Below the pieces are notes generated by a model. It was not told where the DNA came from and made no database searches. It was given only the letters and a program-made list of their open reading frames with translations. This document shows positions 61,606 to 64,000 of a stretch of DNA of 64,000 nt, piece after piece. The DNA is from Heterodontus francisci. Its lineage: Eukaryota. Within the stretch, counting starts at the first letter, position 1, and every line of letters begins with the position of its first letter. The translations under genes and the position numbers were made by a program. The stretch is taken from contig NC_090373.1 of NCBI RefSeq assembly GCF_036365525.1, positions 73,051,271-73,115,270 on the forward strand, read 5' to 3'.

Positions 61606-62739
61606 TCCCCTTTGGCCTTGTCCAAAATGGAGCATGAGGCAAAGCACCGGTTGGGATTATGGCTTTAAAATTACGAGATTCGATTTGCAGCTGATGAAAA
61701 TTAAGAATTAGATTACATCGCATTGAAGTTAGAAAATGAGCATTTATGTCCATTGTAGAAATGTGCTGACCCAAAAACAAGGCTGGTTGGGGGTAAAATT
61801 CAACTTCAGTGGGAGCACATAAACAGGCGGTAGTGGATCAGTCTCCTGTTAGTCACCTCTCTCGATTTCCCCAGGGGAATCAGGCAGGTTGTATAGTGGT
61901 GACTGATTCGCTACCATAATTTTTCACACCATGGGTGGCTCAAGTTGAATTTCACCTCCACTGATTCTAAACTAAACAGGTGGGCAGACCCATGTACACA
62001 CAGAATACAGTGTTGTTGTACCTTAACCTTATGGCCTTGTAAGTTTGTATTTGAAATATCCAGGCAAATTGGTAAACTTTTATCTGAGCCAAATCTAAGT
62101 CCATCAATCAAATTTCAATCCTTTATCCACTTCTGTCAGATGAAACTGTTACAGGGATGTTAGCATAGATCAAAAGGTCCACTTAATCTGAAAAAACTCT
62201 TTGCAGTATTTTATGAACTGGGATTATACTTCTTTCCGGATCTCAAGTTTTAGAGATAGATTTTAACTTGGTCCGCCTGAAGTAAATAGAGAAGCAGTAG
62301 CCTGAAAATGTCATACTGCCCGATCAACAACAGCAATCCAAGCACTACCATCCTCAAAAGGACCTTCCATTGGGCAGCTGAGAACCTGTCTGTTTCAGGA
62401 TATAGGCCCTTTTGATATGAAAAGTGGGGTCCTGTTGAACCTTGATTGCAAATTTGATGGGCAATCGGGTAGTAAAGCAGAAGAGGCACCAAGAAGGTAA
62501 GTTTAAAACTAACATTGTGCAGCCAGAAGGAGCCCATAAGAATAATGTGGGCTGCAGTTGTACCCCCGCAATGGTCAGCATGCTTCATAAATTCAAGACC
62601 TTTTTTTCATTTACATATTTCTGATTGATAATTTACAGACAATTTTGAATATTACAGACTGTAAATTAAAATACAAAACATGTCATAATATTCTCGGAAG
62701 CAGCCTACAGTAGCTTGGTACAGTTTGGATGTGCTTGCA

Positions 62740-63600
62740 CTGATTGGATGAGTTTGTAGAATGTTTTCAGGACAGTTTCTTGGAGCAATACATTGTGGAA
62801 CTGATGAGGGATAAAGCTATCTGAGATTTAGTACTGTGTAATGAAGCAGGGTTACTTAGCAATATCATAGTAAAAGATCTACTGGGAAATAGTGATCAGA
62901 ATACCATTGAATTCCATATTAAATTCAAAAGTGGCATGCTCCAATCACAAACAAGAATCTTATACTTTACAAGCCAATTACATAGGCATGAGGGAAGGAC
63001 TGGCTAAGGTAAATTGGGTAAATAGACTAACAGGTATAGCAGTAAATGAACAGTGGAAATCTTTAAATAAATAATTCAAAATGTTCAATGCATTTCATTG
63101 AAAAACAAAAAATCTGCAAGAAAGACCCATCCGTGGCTCATTCATGAAGTTGAGGATAGTATTAGATTAAAAGAAGAGGCTAACAATGTTGCAAAAAACA
63201 GTAGTAAGCCTGAAGATGGGACTGTTTCAGAAACCAGCAAAGGGCCACCAAAAAGTTGATAAAAGCAATATAAAAGCAGATTGTAAAGAGCTTTTATAGG
63301 CATATAAAAAGGAAGAGAGAAGCTAAAGTGAATGTTGGTCCCCGAGAAGCAGAGATAGGAGAAATTTCCAGCATCCGCAGTATTTTGCTTTTATTATAGG
63401 AGAAATTATAATAGGGAATGAGGAAATGGCAGAGGCATTGAACAAATATTTTGTGTCTGTTTTCACAGTAGAAGACACAAGTTTCATACCTGAAATAGAC
63501 GGTAACCGAGGGGTTAAAAAGTGAGGAAATTAAGGAAATTAATATCAGCCGAGAAAAAGTATTGTAGAAACTTAAGGGACTAAAATCCGACAAATCCCTG
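62740..63600 (+). mobile_element. Old CR1 ORF2 fragment (endonuclease-RT linker)
   Basis: DLVLCNE, LGNSD, EMAEALNKYFVSVFT and LKSDKS motifs with stops. Confidence 0.8.
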
Positions 63601-63604
63601 GGAT

Positions 63605-64000
63605 TTTTTTTAATTCATTCATGGGATGTGGGCGTCACTGGCTATGCCAGCATTTATTGCCCATCCCTAATTGCCCTTGAGAAGGTGGTGGTGAGCTGCC
63701 TTCTTGAACCGCTGCAGTCCATGTGAGGTAGGTACACCCATAGTGCTGTTAGGAAGGGAGTTCCAGGATTTTGACCCAGCGACACTGAAGGAATGACGAT
63801 ATAGTTCCAAGTCAGGATGGTGTTTGACTTGGATGGGAACTTGCAGGTGGTGATGTTCCCATGCATCTGCTGCTCTTGTCCTTCAAGGTGGTAGAGGTCA
63901 CGGGTTTGGGAGGTGCTGTCGAAGGAGCCTTGGTGCGTTGCTGCAGTGCATCTTGTAGATGGTACACACTGATGCCACTGTGCGTCGGTGGTGCAGGGAG
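63605..64000 (-). mobile_element. Family-B LINE 3' end, continuing beyond the window
   Basis: Reverse-complement homolog of 37930-38280, including the tail. Confidence 0.9.

Noticed and set aside
62399-62496. Open exon candidate (tttcag ... aag|gtaagt; DIGPFDMKSG...)
   Set aside because: No recognisable protein, and similar ggtaagt motifs recur in the local DNA-transposon remnants.

Overview
Eukaryotic, repeat-saturated window with no confidently identifiable host gene. The repeat content (HE1-type V-SINE, HER1/CR1-type LINEs) points to a cartilaginous fish, probably a shark; this is inference. The only long intact coding unit is a young CR1 LINE at 31088-35193, with ORF1 (Cys-rich zinc finger plus SGNH esterase) and ORF2 (endonuclease plus RT) joined by a TAATG stop-start overlap. 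The rest is about 15 truncated CR1 copies, a second CR1-group LINE family ('family B'), L2 fragments, several SINE families, decayed PIF/Harbinger transposons (DDE plus Myb/SANT) with their MITEs, a hAT MITE, two LTR-like insertions and Penelope-type terminal repeats. The best leads are: minimal type I hammerhead ribozyme motifs in the Penelope-type repeats; an ORF1-less LINE with a tRNA-derived Pol III head whose internal-deletion product is an abundant SINE; a ~2.1 kb LTR-like element with an orphan ORF; Harbinger insertion sites resembling the zebrafish Harbinger3_DR target; and a twin-priming-like inversion in a non-L1 LINE. I found no clearly new multi-gene system. Boundaries without a stated target-site duplication (TSD) are approximate, and family names are by recognition, not database search.
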